Of a stretch of DNA of 64,000 nt, positions 1 to 14,779 are shown piece after piece (positions within the stretch are counted from its first letter, which is position 1; each line of letters opens with the position of its first letter). The position numbers were made by a program, and so were the translations under genes. This DNA comes from Paraspadella gotoi. Taxonomy: Eukaryota > Animalia > Chaetognatha. The stretch is taken from positions 4,505,847-4,569,846 of the forward strand of contig CM119265.1 in the NCBI GenBank assembly GCA_051294375.1. Direction: 5' to 3'. The notes under the pieces were generated by a model. The model was not told the origin of the DNA. It did no database searches and was given only the letters and a program-made list of their open reading frames with translations.

Positions 1-142
1 GCAAGCCTTTAACAAGCGACATAAACTTAAAACTGAGAGATTCCTAATTTCGTCGAAGCCCCGAGGCGACTGAGGCCTCACCACCAAATTGAGCCCCCCA
101 AAAAAAGAGACAGAAATTCGTTTCGAACCAAAAGTTTAATTT

Positions 143-178
<36 letters not shown>

Positions 179-897
179 NNNNNNNNNNNNNNCTTTCTCT
201 CCCGGCAAAAATCTGTGACGCGGAGTCGTTGAATCTTTCACAAGTGAGACTCTCACGGTCGGTCGGTTCGGAGCTACAGACGCTCAACTGGGGTGAGTGA
301 GTGTGAGAGTGAGCGCGCGTCCGAGGGCGAAGAGATTTTAGTAGAGGGTAGAGAGTTAAAGGAACCAAAAGGTTAAGGAAAGAAAAAAAAAACAGAAAGT
401 CAGAAAGAAAAAAAAATATATCTAGCTATCACTTTATTCTCCCGTTTCTCCGTACAGAAAGCAAACGGAGAGGCGGCAAAAGGAAAGACTCGCTAACCAG
501 AAACCAAGAGAGAGAAATTGAGCGCGGGAGGGAGGGCGGTTTGCAGAAAGCCGACAAAGTCGAAGACGAAGAAATAATTAAAAACAAGGCGAGAAAGCAG
601 TTACGACCGACCCCGGGTCAGGAACGGGGGCGGCTTTTTCAATCCATTTTATTGCTTTAATGAAACGACGGCCCGGAAGAAGAAGGAAAGGGGAAAGTAA
701 GGAAAGAAAAGAGAAGGAAAGAGGGGGAGAGAGAGAGGGAGAGAGGGAGAAAGAGAAAAAAAAAAAGTCCCAAGGGGAAAAACGAATTCGTTTCCAGCGA
801 GAGAGTAAGACGGAAAGAGTGGGAAGAAGGAAGGGAGGAGAAAGGGGGGGGAAGTGGTGGCGGAGAAGAGAGAGAGAGGAGAGGAGAGAGAGAAGAG

Positions 898-929
<32 letters not shown>

Positions 930-1075
930 CAGAGAGGAGAGCGAGAGAAGTACGAGAGAGAGAGAGAGAGCTTAAAAACAGACAGATGTACGAAAGATAA
1001 AAAAAAGAGAGAGCTTTTATTTATTCTCAGTTATGAAATTTAAAATAAACCATCATTTTGAAAAACTTACTAACA

Positions 1076-1165
1076 TTTTTATCCGGATCGGCTTCTCTCA
1101 GATAACGGCTCTATAATCCACTTTGTCTGTCTGTCGGTCGCCACCCATAATTTGGTCGGTCAGTA
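1076..1165 (+). mobile_element. HINE/DINE-1-like element fragment
   Basis: T-run, then CTCTATAA, then GTCTGTCTGTCGGTCG...GGTCGGTCAGT tract. Confidence 0.3.
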
Positions 1166-1330
1166 TCTTAAATCATCCTAAAATTTCTTCATTCTCTTTT
1201 CTTCATTGAATTTGAGCCTTATTTTTGACGTTCGTTATTCCCGGGATTATCGCACCTCACTCCTTTCGACGCTTCGAAATCCAGCGTCTCTTGGAATATT
1301 TCCAGCCGTCGCGGCGATCATCCATTTCCA

Positions 1331-1370
<40 letters not shown>
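1331..1370 (+). repeat. (GGC)n microsatellite
   Basis: About 13 copies. Confidence 0.93.
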
Positions 1371-2000
1371 ACAGATGGCGCAGGTGGCGTTGCGAGTGAA
1401 AAAGACGGCTCCCGGAGAAAAGTGGGAGCGCCAGGGAGAATGTCTCCCATAGCGTCGTTTTCGGTGAGGCGAGGAACAATTTTATATTAAAATATTAATA
1501 CGTCATTTTGAAATATTGAATTTAATGCGGCTCCAGTTTATCTTTTAAGGAAATGAAGCAATGGAGTTTTGAGAAGGTGAATCAATAAACATTAAGCGAA
1601 AATAAATATAGAGAGAGAATTATGAATTGAAAAGTCTTTTGCGCTTTTGACAGAGTAAAACAGGAAACTGAGGAGACGTCTGTTATTTTCGAATCATACT
1701 GCACTGCATGATCCGTGTGCTATGAATGTCTATGACTGTATGTTACTGTATCCTTACCGTCTCAGCCGCCTCACTCACAGCGTTTGAAACATAAAGCCAA
1801 ACAACGCGGAAACCGTGACTTTTTATTGCTTGTTCTCTTCTTCTTCACAGCTTGTTCAATGTTCATCGCTTGCATAGGAGCAGGTGGCTGCCTAAAAATT
1901 AGGAGAATCAGGGGTTCAAAGGACAAGGTTTATGGGATTCAATTTTCGGTTAAAATGGAGTGAGAGAAAAAAAAGTTCTTTGAAAGAGTCTGCCTCTCTC

Positions 2001-2040
<40 letters not shown>

Positions 2041-2259
2041 GGTCTCCCTCTCTCTTCCGGCCGCAGGGTGACAAAGACATTGTCTGAGGCGGCACGTCTT
2101 CCAGAGCCGAATTCAAAAGCTGGCAAGAATTTTGGGATCGTTAGTATGCATTCGCGCATCCTCGAATCGGGTGGGGGGGAGAATCGGAGAGAGAGAGAGA
2201 GAGAAGAGAGAGGAGAGAGAGAGGAGAGAGAGGAGAAGAGAGAGAGAGAGAGAGAGAGA

Positions 2260-2290
<31 letters not shown>

Positions 2291-2312
2291 TATTCAATCT
2301 TTTTTAAGGCGG

Positions 2313-2369
<57 letters not shown>

Positions 2370-3824
2370 GGGAGACGAGAGACTTTATTCCGTTTATGAG
2401 GCGGAAAGTGAAGTTATTATTTTTTTTGATGCCCTCGCTTTAATATTTCGGTTTAATAGGGTGATTTTTTTTTCGAGAACGCTTTCGCCCAAGCAAGTTT
2501 TTTTAAAAATTTATGTGCATGGAGGTTCCATTGGAGCTAAAAGTGACTTTGCTCGGTCCCTCGCGGGAAGGAGTGAAAGGAAATAAGGAGTTGGTCGTTG
2601 GTGAGAAAGTAACGGTGCTTCCCAATTTTAACGCGATAAAAAACTAAGACACAAGTTTTTGCGAGACTTGGTAAATTCCCTCCCGTGGTTTTTATGGTTT
2701 TTGTTTAATCGGACTTCAAATCTCTCAATCGCAGCTTTAGAAAGACCTTCAATATTTTGCCGAGTTCAATTTTCTTTATAAACATTTTTAGAGAAGAAAA
2801 AAATTCGAAATTAATTTCAGAGAAGGAAGCCTTTTCTTAACTTATCTATACTCGCAACCGAAATGACAAAGAGAGTTTTGCGTTCAGGAGTTCTTTAAAT
2901 TGTTTCTACCATTATAAAAATTATCCGTTCTATTCCTCTTACTAGATAATTACAAAGCAAGAACCCTGCAAGCTTTCAATCTAGAATCTCTCGCCATCTA
3001 CTTCATTGATATATATAATAACATTTTTTAACTGTTAACTATATGTTTTAAAAGAACAAAACACATTTCCGTTCGCATTGCACTAAACGTTGAGTCGCAT
3101 GATGACTTAGATCTGGCGTATCTCTATCTCACTCTCTCTTGTTTCTCACGGGTGTCTCGCTCTCTGTCATTATCGTTTCGGGTTCAGCGTTGTCGTTTTT
3201 CTCTCCACGTGCCTCATCACGTCCAGAATGATCCCGCACGAGTCTCCTCCTCCTCATCCTCCTCCCCCTCCTCCTCACATTCCTCATCCTCCTTTTTTTT
3301 CTTGTGTCTCCTCCTCCTCCCTTCCTCCTCCTCATCCCTCACCCCTTCCTCCTCGTCCTCCCTCTCCTCGCGCCTTCCGTTTTTTTTTTTTTAGTCAGTT
3401 TTTCAATTCCTCCACAAAGAATTCCTGCCCAGATTCCTCCTCCTCCTCCTACTTCCTTTCCTTTCCTCCTCCTCCTCTTTCTCCGTTCGTCGGGACTCCT
3501 CTGTCCTTCCGGGTTTTCTTTTTTTCTTTCTTTTCTCGTGTCATCAAGATTTTTACAGCGTGATTATCTCCGCCGGATCTACACGTCGCTCACGCGCGCG
3601 CGCGCGTCTTTCTTTTTTTAGAAACGTGCACGTACAGGCGGTTCGGCCACGTCGTCTCTCACGCGCCAAACTCGTACGCGATTGGAAGGATTTAGTTTTT
3701 TTTTTTTCTCTCCCAATATTTTTTTTTTTAAAATTTCAAAATCGGACTCGGGAGTTTTTGCCTGGAAAGCCGCTGCCGCATCGGACGCTGTAGACGGCTG
3801 ACATCCTGGGTAAGTTTTATATGT

Positions 3825-3885
<61 letters not shown>

Positions 3886-4011
3886 AGCAGAGAGAGAGAG
3901 AGAGACTGAGATGGGATATAACTTTCGTTATAGAAATGACAATTACAAATCCAATAACTGAAACGACGGTCATCATGACATGTAAATTTCTGAAAAAATA
4001 TTTTACTCTAT

Positions 4012-4099
4012 CACTTTAAAGGGTCTTTTCCTCACTTCAAAGGGTCTTTCCCTCACTTCAAAGGGTCTTTCCCTCACTTCAAAGGGTCTTTCCCTCACT
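4012..4099 (+). repeat. Minisatellite, 21-bp unit CACTTCAAAGGGTCTTTCCCT x~4
   Basis: Head-to-tail copies with no spacers. Confidence 0.9.
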
Positions 4100-6122
4100 C
4101 CAGAAATCTACTCCAAATTTAAACGAATTGAAATTTAAATAAATTTCCATCTAAAATTTTCAAAGTCTTTTTCTTCACAAATTCTTGAGTCATTCCGGAA
4201 GAGAATCTTCACATTTTTGAATGATTTATAAAATATCTCAATATTTTTATGAACGTCATTTATATCATGTAATTTGACTGCTGTACGAGTTGAAAATAAG
4301 TATTTTAATCAGGTATGTATATCGAACCGAGGAAAGATAATTCGCTACTGACAATTCACCAACAACATCATTTCCCTTCGAATTCGTTTTCTTCCGGTTT
4401 CCACTTTCCTCGAGCGAGAGAGAAATTGACTTTGGCGGGAAAAACCCTGAAAACGGCGCGATTTCGCCGCCTCCTTCGCGCCATTTGAAACTCGGCGCTC
4501 AGCCCCATCCTGGGCCAAACCTTTACGACTTTGTTTCACTACGAAAAGGGAAGGAATGACATTCGCGTTTTGGATTCAAAATCGGAGAAAGCGCAAAGAA
4601 TAATAGTATGTTTGCTTCGCTATGAAGATACTCGGAAAGGCGTTGCGAGGTTAAAAATGATTTTTACTAATTTAAATAGTATAACTGAAACTAATAAGAC
4701 TAAGAATTAATGTTTAAGGCCACATCGACGAATCTTTCGGAATACGTTCTCTTTCGATTTCACTACCGTGAGTGGAGGAGAAACGACCTCGTTACTGGGC
4801 CAAACGCCTCTCGCACGCGCATCGCACGCTCTTCGCACGCACCTCGCACGCTCTTCGCACGTCCCGCGCGCGCTCCAATCAGCCTTCGCTCTGCCTCGCA
4901 CTTCCTCGAGTGCGCTCGGGGGTCCCCTGGCCTGGAAAAAGGCGCGCCCGGGAGTCGAGGAGCTAAGGATCCGTTGATGGGCGCCGGTTCGGCTTTAAAT
5001 GATTCCAATTCCGACGAGAAATTGAAAAAAGGGGCCGTGGAACTGGTCGACCCCCATTTTCGGGGCGGCGCTCTCCTTACTCTCACTGTTTTGTTTTGGT
5101 TTGACTGGTGACATATAGCGAACGCAGTGACGGTCGTTCGTTAGAAGAGAAATTGGAGCACATACCGGTTCCAAGACGCTAACGCACGGCCAAATAGAAA
5201 CGGAAAGAAAGAAAATAATGTTTAGTTTCGTTTTTTTTCTTTTTTTTTTTCTCCTCGTTTCTCGCAAAATCGAAAGATGTCACCTTCTCTAAACGAAAAA
5301 AAAGAAGTTTTGCTTCGCAAAATCGATTAGCGAACGACTCTCCTACTTATCGGCAGCGGCGGCAGCGGCGGCCGGTTGGGCGGAGGCGGCGGCAGCTGGC
5401 GCTGTGACGGCGGTTGCGGCTGCGGCTGCGGCTGCGGCTACGTCCGTGGAAGAGGAGGAAGCGATTTAATGATGTTTACATGGTTCCTCCGCAAATGTTA
5501 TCATAAACCTTTAGCGTTACTTTTTTTTTAGGATGTGTATCTTTTCGCCTTCCCTTCGAAAAAATTCGATATGTGGCGTTCACAAAGATTTTACGAGACC
5601 TTCTTTTTGAACAATTGAGTCTCAAAAAACTGAAATCAATCAGATTGATCATGCACAATGCACATCTTGAATTCCTTCTGTCATGCACGTATTTTTTTTT
5701 TCGTATAATACAATATTATAAAATAATGATGCACGTTGGAATAAAATATCGTGAATTCAAATGATTAAAAGTTCTTAAAATATTAGACGCTTGTTTCTGA
5801 TATTCATCCACTACATTAATGATTAATGATTAATGATTAATCTAATCTACTATTCACTAACAAGATGAATGATTTGTTCAAGCTCCACCCGATTTTCTCG
5901 TCCACAACGATGCTATTCGTCTTTCCAGTCATATCTTTTCTCACCTCCGCGATCTTCAATCTCTTAGATCTTTCCTTTTTTTCTCCCTTAATTTCCCCTT
6001 TTTTTTTCCCTTTCTTGATCGTTCCCTTTCCTTTACCTTTCACTAAATCATCCACCCTCGTACTTAACCGAGTTCTGTCGTATTTTTGAGCAAAATGATC
6101 TCGTTGTTGCAAACATACTCGT

Positions 6123-6157
<35 letters not shown>

Positions 6158-6386
6158 TCTACTCTCTCTCTCTCATCACTCTCATCCCTCTAATGCAAAC
6201 GAACCGTGCAACGAACGAGAACACAAAATATATGTTCACCATATGTGGGGTAGCCAAGCATATGGGAGTTAAAAAAAAGGGTGTTGAGTGAATGCAAATA
6301 TGCAAATGAGATTTGCGAAATTGACCCAGCGTCCTCGATTGAATAAGCAAGAGGCATAGAGGATGGGGAGAAGAGAGGATGCTCGA

Positions 6387-6444
<58 letters not shown>

Positions 6445-7422
6445 TCCTCCCCCCATTCGTCGTCGTCTCATTGTCGCATAACTTTGGCCAATTTGGTTTC
6501 CTCGCTTTTCGGATTTGTAAACATGAAGTCAGACGATGGCGGAGATTAGTTACGTTTCTTTGAAAATATATACACAAAACATAACAATCTTCTTCAATTA
6601 AAATTCAAAATCATAGTTACCCTGTCGTTCCTTAAATCTACAATCTACATATAATTAAAATTATTTATTTACAATCAATAAAATAATATTCATCAATCAG
6701 CGACGAACTTCCTCTGGTGGCGAAATAAACTTATTATACTAAAATGAGAAAAAGAAAAAGATGAAAAAGAATAAATGGGGAAAAAAAAGAAAAGATTAAA
6801 AAAAAATCGGGTTTACCGTTTCGACTTTGGAATTCGGCGTCGGCATGGTACAGTCATAACGGGATCGTTAGACGTCGACATTATCGTCGTCGTCGTCGTC
6901 GTCTTCGCCCCGTAATTGCGGCGCCAAGTCGAGCGAAGGGGAGAATCTTATTCGGGCGGAAGTGAATGCGGCGCGCGCGTCGAATCTTGTGGCGCCACGT
7001 GGCGATTCGAGTGCGCGCGCGTCGACGTTTGCAGACGAAGACTAGTTAAACACACGTAAAGACACGCGTACACGCTCGAACACAAGTTATTGACAATGCC
7101 TGATAAAATATTTTTTCGTTGACGAGTTATTCATTCATTCGTTTTTTTATTAGATGACGAGAGAATCCAAATCCGCCGAGATGGAAGCGAAATTAAGTCG
7201 GTGAAAGTATAAAAAAAAAACAACCGATAATGGTTTTGAAGAAATTTAATTACAGGAAACTGGGGAAAAAATTAATGAAGCGATATCGCTATGAATTATA
7301 CCAACCGTCTTGCCTTCCTAAAAGCTTCTTGATTTCCTCTTTTCCAATAATTTCCGGTGCTCATTTATATATGACGTCTCATCAGATTTTATAATTATCT
7401 TTATAAAATTTTAATATTTATT

Positions 7423-7463
7423 TCATATTATGTCATAATATGTCATATTATGTCATAATATGA
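7423..7463 (+). repeat. 10-bp tandem repeat (TCATAWTATG) x~4
   Basis: Direct reading of the sequence. Confidence 0.8.
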
Positions 7464-7488
7464 TATTCCTTTCAATTCGTTGTGTTTT

Positions 7489-7589
7489 AATATTTAGCAA
7501 AAACAAAGTTTGAATTTGTACATCAACGATTTTATATTTTGAATAAAATCGTTGTTGTACAAATTCAAACTTTGTTTTTGCTAAATATT
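7489..7589. repeat. Near-perfect palindrome (47-bp arms, 7-nt loop), MITE-like
   Basis: AATATTTAGCAAAAACAAAGTTTGAATTTGTACAtCAACGATTTTAT (7489-7535) pairs with 7543-7589 with a single mismatch. Confidence 0.92.
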
Positions 7590-9649
7590 TATTTCTTAGT
7601 TTCTAGTTCAAGGTGGATTCAAAATACTCATACAAATTACTAAATATATATGAAATTAGGATTTTATAGTTATTTTAGGGATTTTTATCTACAAGAAAAT
7701 TTAGGGACAGTGAGATTACTAATTTTAATCATTGACAGACTAAATTATTAGTTTAAAAAAAAATAAATAAACTGAACAACAGAAGAAAAATCGCTAAATC
7801 TGCGAAACGTTTTTTCAGAAATGACTTTTTCAAGGTGAAGTCATTTTAGCGTCGGTCGATGAAGATTCTCACGCTCCATCGCTCAAAGGCTGAATAGGCT
7901 ACGCGGCAAACTTATAGAAAAATTTAATCTTTAGACATTCGATTTTAGTTAACAATTTCGTTTATCATACTAAGGGAAATCAAATGCGAGGCCATAAAAC
8001 ATTCAGTTCATTTCTTAATTTACTTCACAAAGTAAAATATAAGGACCATTCATTAAATGATTACAAAACAAATTACAAATTATTACAAAAGATAATTAAC
8101 TTTAAATCGTGAGTGTTAGCCTCTACGTTTTCTCTCTTTAACGATAAAGATGATTTAAGGCCGGATGAGCGGAATCTAGAGGTGAGAGCTTCACTTCCTC
8201 TTTTTCCTTCTCTTCCTACTCCCTCCTCCCCCCTCCCCTTCCTCCTCCTCCTCCTCCTCCTCCTCCATTGCCTTCCCCGTCACGCGCCTCGCCTTCTCCC
8301 CACCGGGACGAGAAGAATCCAATTTTCGCGTGATTCCGATCTCTCTGCCACGCCCCCTCGGCCACGCCCCCTCGGACGCCCTTTTCGACGCCTCCGTCGG
8401 ACCGAGACTGCCCTGTGCCCGGTAGTCTTTTGTCCGTTTTACTCTTTGACGCATGGGCCCTTCATTCTGGTTCGCCAATCTCGTCACGTTTTCCTTTTTC
8501 ACGTTTTTTCAAATAACTTTGGTCTGGTTACAATTTATGTCTTAAATCCTGAGACGCGAGGGCGAAGTAGAAAAAGGTGAGACGAAGGTTAAGTGAAAAG
8601 TCGTAGATTATCTCACTTTCACCTTTTTTCGATTTTTTTCTTTCGACTAATAAAATGAAAAAAATAAAATAAAAACAACTGTCTAAACTGTAAGGTAGAA
8701 ACAGCTCAGCGAAACTGTAAATCTGAATGATTAAGAAGACGATTTACTACCCTACTTATTCATGTAGTAATCAGAAACTCTTTTTAGAAATAGTAGCTTG
8801 TGAAACGAGCCTAAAGCTATCAATTATATTTTCAATTCAATTCAATTGTCTATCATCTCTAAAGATAAAAATAAACAGATAGTTTTTTGAAAGTTTATGA
8901 AAATTTCACTCAGCCTTTCTCAATAAGTGTAAATTCATTCTGAGACAAAGTCTTTTGACGGTTTTACTTTTTTATTTAATACTCCCCAGCCACCATCATC
9001 ACAAAGCTATCGAAAGTTAACACTAATTAGTTATTTATTTTTGCTCCCCTTTGCTGTTTTTATGTTACATTGAGAAGAAATTATTTTTTTCACGACCCCT
9101 TAGTAAATCTCGTCTCTTAGTGACTTAGTCACTCTTCGCCTTTATTACCGTCTCTAAAGTTTGTACTTTGTAGGAAGAATTTGAATCTGCCTCCTCACGC
9201 GCTGATGCCAGGCCTTTGTTTGAACTTATTTCTTTCGTGTCGAGTTAATCTAAATCTAAGTTAAAGTAGAGTTAAAGAGGAGCATCATTGAAGGAAATAC
9301 GCAATATTAAATAATATGTAAAAAAACAATAAGTGAAATCAATAATATTAGTAGAAATGTTATTTAGCGACTGTAGTATTCTGTTTTCTCTTTCCCGCTT
9401 TCCTATATTCTCTTCACTGCATGTACAGTTGCACACTTCCCTGCACGCGACTAATGTACTTAGCCTCTTGCATTTTAAGCTTTTTAAGACCAAAAATATG
9501 GCATAATTCAACTAACTTAAAACCCCCCGCCACCAACGTTGGGTCACCCCCGCCGTGGTTCCCCGTTCTCCGCCTGCAACGCTCGCCCGCAGTCAAGGAC
9601 GAAGGATTTCCTCCTCATTTTAGCTCCATTTCCTTTTCTATGTCTCGCA

Positions 9650-9686
<37 letters not shown>

Positions 9687-9823
9687 GCTAGCTCTTCTTT
9701 TGTCTTCCATTGCTTTTTTCTTCTAATTTGCATTTCCCTTCGAGGTTTCCTCTCTCTTCATATCCATTTTTCTCCGTTCATTCTGTCCGGTCCCGTTCGC
9801 TCTCTACCGTCTCTCCATCTCCT

Positions 9824-9891
<68 letters not shown>

Positions 9892-10234
9892 AGTGTTTGT
9901 TCCATTTTTCTTGCTTTTTCCATTCTTTTTTGTTGTGTTTTCACCTCGTCGTCCTCTTAGGCGTTCTCGTGTTTTTTTCTTTTGTGCGCCAGAACATATT
10001 AGATCTTCTTTCATCCCAAAGTGGTTTTATTTCGCATTTTCTATTTCTCTCTCTCTCGCTCTCTTTTTTTCTCTCTAATTCCCTTTATTTCCTTTTTATT
10101 TTTTTTTCTTTCTTTTCTTCTCCCCCGCTTTTTCCTCTTTCACTTTTTATCTTTCCCCTCCCTCGCCGGGCACTGCCGTCTTTCAGCTGGTTGCCTTTCC
10201 AATTAGTCTCGCCCAATATTTTTTCACAATAGAC

Positions 10235-10311
<77 letters not shown>

Positions 10312-10669
10312 GTTTTTACGATTCTTCTTATTTGCCCTTCGATGCCGCGTCGACGCAGACGAAAACAGTTTCGAGGCGAAATGTCCGTCTTGATGAATGT
10401 TGACGGCGACGATGACGACGATTACGACGATGACGACGATTACGACGATGAAGACGGAAAGACGACAACGATCTCGATGACAAGACTACAACAACTTCAG
10501 GATGTCATAGATGTTTTGATAGATCTTAGAATTGGAGGAAATGGTTGCCGACGTTGCCGTCCCAGGTTTTTGGATACGCGAAAAGAAAATTTAGAAACCT
10601 TTCTGAAATTTCTATTCGATGTTTTATCCTGATTTACGACATCGATCTAGCTTGACACCTCTAATGAGA

Positions 10670-10687
10670 TGACCACCAGAGGGCGAT
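10670..10687 (+). promoter_or_regulatory. CTCF-like binding motif
   Basis: TGACCACCAGAGGGCGAT matches the CCACYAGRKGGCR consensus. Confidence 0.4.
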
Positions 10688-10811
10688 CGTTACATACCTT
10701 AACAACAACAACGACAAAGCAATCGTCAAAGATTTCTCTCGACATCATTCTCTCTCTTTATCCCTCAGCGCATAATTTTCCCATCGAGGTTTTTTTCTGT
10801 CCTGATCGTGG

Positions 10812-10939
<128 letters not shown>

Positions 10940-11258
10940 CCAACGTCTCCCGCAGAGTTATTTTTCGCAGAGAGATTTTTTCTCTATGCAAACTCGATCG
11001 AATCTCCGCCTTCCCTTGACGTCCTCTCGATCGTGCATTATTCAATCGTCTTTTCTTACCTCAAATCCGCTATCACTCCCTGTTGCGCTATTTCCATCGC
11101 TCCCTATTGGCTCATTCCTATCACCGAGAAGATAACTCTACCACCTGCTTTGAATATCTCCGCCTCTCCCCTCTCAGCAATTTCCTTCTTCCTCTTTTTA
11201 GCCTTTCCATTGTTTTCCCCGGCTTTCGTCGAGAGTCGGCAAACCGGAAGTGGGTCGA

Positions 11259-11299
<41 letters not shown>

Positions 11300-14200
11300 C
11301 CTCTACCATGACCGCTGCGCCGCCGAGGTTATTTGGTCTAGTTTTGACTCGACGCCCGTCGAATATGCCTACGCGGTCAATGTTTTACTCTGGCGTCGGC
11401 GGCGCCGTCGGCGGGAAAGAGAAGAAGACTGCGTTTCCTGCGGCGTCGCCGGCGGCAGCGGCGTCGGTGCCGACCGTGCGGCGACGCGGGCCAAGGAGGT
11501 CCGGGCACGAAATCGTTAACGCCCGGCGGCCATGGCGGCCACAAACATCCCCCTGCCGTCGGCGATGGGAACAGGGGACGCGGTCTCTCTCAGTCAAAGA
11601 TCGAGTCTTTCACTCCTCCCGACTCCATCATTTTCTCTCTCGGTTATGGACGCAAAAAAAAAAAAACCCTTTGGTTGATGCTAGGGTTACTGATGGAGGT
11701 TTGTTTCAATGGCGCTTCCGTAATGTTCCTCTATCATAGTTTTGAAAAATAGTACTATTAAATAATTTAAATGTAACCCTCTTTTTCTTGGCGACCAAAT
11801 ATTTGATAATTTTTTTGATGAAGCTTTCGCAACATCGTGCATCATCACACCTTGAAATATGAATGACTCTACTCCAGCAATGACCTCGCAACTGCGACCC
11901 TACCTCATACGTCCGGCCTGGAGTCAACAAAGCAAGAGTCTTGCATTATGGACGCTCGACCTTTTGATGCGAGTCGATCGTGAATTCGATGGGATTTCGC
12001 TCTCGTAACGATGCGAGAAACGAAAATGGGGTGGAGAAGGGGGGGGGACTGTTTTGTTTAGGATTGGAGGTGGATTTGTGGGTGGGAAATGTGCCAGAGT
12101 AATGTTTAGTAGATGGTTAACAAATGTACATTGTGGGACATCTCTAAGTAAAGTACTTTTTTTTACATTTAATGCATTTTCTATTACATGTTTTACAGAT
12201 GCATATTTATTATTTAAGAATGTTGTTTCTGATTCTTCTTGCGATGACGTCGCCGAGTTCCCAATTTCGCGAGACGGTGGAGTAGGGTAGAGTAGGGTGA
12301 GGCGAATATGGGAAGCGGCGGCAAAGTTGAGTTGAGTAAAGGTCGCGCATAAACCGGACGAGGGTAAGGGCGCGCCCGGGAATCGATCCCGCGAGACGAG
12401 GGTCGATGGCGGCGGCGTTTCGAGGCGAATGGATTAGCGAGACGCGAGGGCCACGGGGAATCGTTCTTCTAGTCGGATTTTTTTTTCTTTTATGCTCGAT
12501 CCGGTCCGGAATAGTTTCTGTTAATGAAAGGCTGAAGGGAAGGGTAATTTTATCTCTTCTAACTTTATGCTCATGCTTTTAAAAATTAATTCGATCGTCA
12601 GATAAAGTTAACGAGTATATGAGAAAACAAGAACAGAACGAAAAAAACAAAAAAACAAAGCAAAGCAAAACAAAAATTAAACAGAACAAAACAAAACAAA
12701 AATAAAACCAAGAAACAATCCTGAAACTCATGAACGAAACATGACGCCGAAGTAAGGTCGTTCATGATTTTGGCCATAACGTCGTCTGGGAGTTGAAAGT
12801 CAAAAGGCGAAGGAAAAAGTGTGAGTTGCCCTACTTTTGGGTTTTCTCACCTGAGAGACATTCGCTCTCTCTCTCTNNNNNNNNNNNNNNNNNNNNNNNN
12901 NNNNNNNNNNNNNNNNNNNNNNNNNNNNNNNNNNNNNNNNNNNNNNNNNNNNNNNNNNNNNNNNNNNNNNNNNNNNNNNNNNNNNNNNNNNNNNNNNNNN
13001 NNNNNNNNNNNNNNNNNNNNNNNNNNNNNNNNNNNNNNNNNNNNNNNNNNNNNNNNNNNNNNNNNNNNNNNNNNNNNNNNNNNNAATATCGCGAGCCAAC
13101 CGCAATTTTCCCATCCTCGCTTTCCTCCCTGCGGAATTGTTTGTAAACAAAAAGGAATCGCCTTCTTGCGACGGAAGCCGAAAACGCCATCTTCGCCAGG
13201 CGAGAGCGCGCTACGCCAGCCATTTATCGCTTCAGCTCTCGCTTTTTTCTTTTTACCTCTCTNNNNNNNNNNTACACTTTGTGAACCTTTATTTCGTTTT
13301 CTCTTTTGTTTCTCTACTTTATTAACATTAAGTTGTTTCTTTTGTCCCACGGCCCNNNNNNNNNNNNNNNNNNNNNNNNNNNNNNNNNNNNNNNNNNNNN
13401 NNNNNNNNNNNNNNNNNNNNNNNNNNNNNNNNNNNNNNNNNNNNNNNNNNNNNNNNNNNNNNNNNNNNNNNNNNNNNNNNNNNNNNNNNNNNNNNNNNNN
13501 NNNNNNNNNNNNNNNNNNNNNNNNNNNNNNNNNNNNNNNNNNNNNNNNNNNNNNNNNNNNNNNNNNNNNNNNNNNNNNNNNNNNNNNNNNNNNNNNNNNN
13601 NNNNNNNNNNNNNNNNNNNNNNNNNNNNNNNNNNNNNNNNNNNGCGGGGCGGTAGAAGTGAAAATCCTGGGTTTTATTTGTTTTCAAGGTTTCGTCTTAA
13701 TCGTCTCCTTGGCGACGGCGGATGCGGTTAGCGACCCGCGATAAAATCCGATGGAGAGACGAATGGTTCATCTCACCTTTAAAGTTTAATTCTTATTTTG
13801 TGGAGAGGAGGAGGAGGAGGAGGAAGAGGAGGAGCAGGAAGCGGATCGGGAGGAAGGGAAGTAGAAAGAAGTGGAAAAAGAGCACCTCGGGAAAAGGAAT
13901 TATTCGAAGTTTAAAGGGAAATGACGCCGATGGGTTCGAGTGAAGGATAGTCTGGCTTTTCAGTCAGGGTTTCGCATCGTAATCGTTATAATCATTATGA
14001 CAACGGCGACGATTATGCCACTGAGTTTTCATCAATTTTCGGTAATTCATATTCATTATTCATAAAAGCGTAAGTTATAATTATTTTTAAAAAATCAATA
14101 TAAAAAGAAGTTGAAACAACGCGGAAAACGATTCCTCCCACAATTTTTACCCAAGATTGAAAAATAACGTTTTTGCTCCGTTGTCATTTATCGAGTTCAT

Positions 14201-14779
14201 TAGCATTCTTTATTATCCAGCCAACGGAGCGTTTTTGCCATAAAATTGCCATAAGAGACGCAGTAAACGGCACGAAATGTTTTTTTTCTTCCTTCGCACC
14301 CTTTGCTCAGCTGCGCCAGACCTGCGGAAGTCCCTCCACCTCGGTTCTACTCAACACCTTGGCTTAATTCAACTCCTTCGCTCGACTCCTTCGCTTCTGT
14401 ATTCCCAGTCACTTTCGCTCCTTTATATTCACGCACTTAAGTCTCTCGCTGAAGATCTTTTAACATTCGCCTTTCCCCTCGCTTCCTTCATTCTCATCTT
14501 CTAATCTTACCTTTACTTCCCTTTTTTCCTTACCCGCGCTCTTTTACCCTACCCCCCCTTCCCAACTTCGAACAGATCGCAATTGTTCCCTTGTTTCGAA
14601 AACAGTTATGTTATTATGTTTCCCCGATCAGTAATATAGTGCTTTTTTTNNNNNNNNNNNNNNNNNNNNNNNNNGTCGCGTCGTACGAGGTTCCTTCTGA
14701 TATACAATCTTATGCATTTGCACCGCTTTCGAGTGTGTCTTACGCAGACCTCTTCATATCCATTCTCCGATATCGTTTT

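Noticed and set aside
4012-4099. CRISPR-like repeated 21-mer
   Set aside because: Units are contiguous with no unique spacers, the context is eukaryotic and no cas genes are present; it is a minisatellite.
10342-10632. ORF with an acidic DDDDY stretch
   Set aside because: The acidic run derives from the GAC microsatellites common in this genome; no other coding evidence.
12368-12450. tRNA-like T-arm on the minus strand (GCGGGATCGATTCCCGG)
   Set aside because: No A-box, D-arm, anticodon arm or acceptor-stem pairing.
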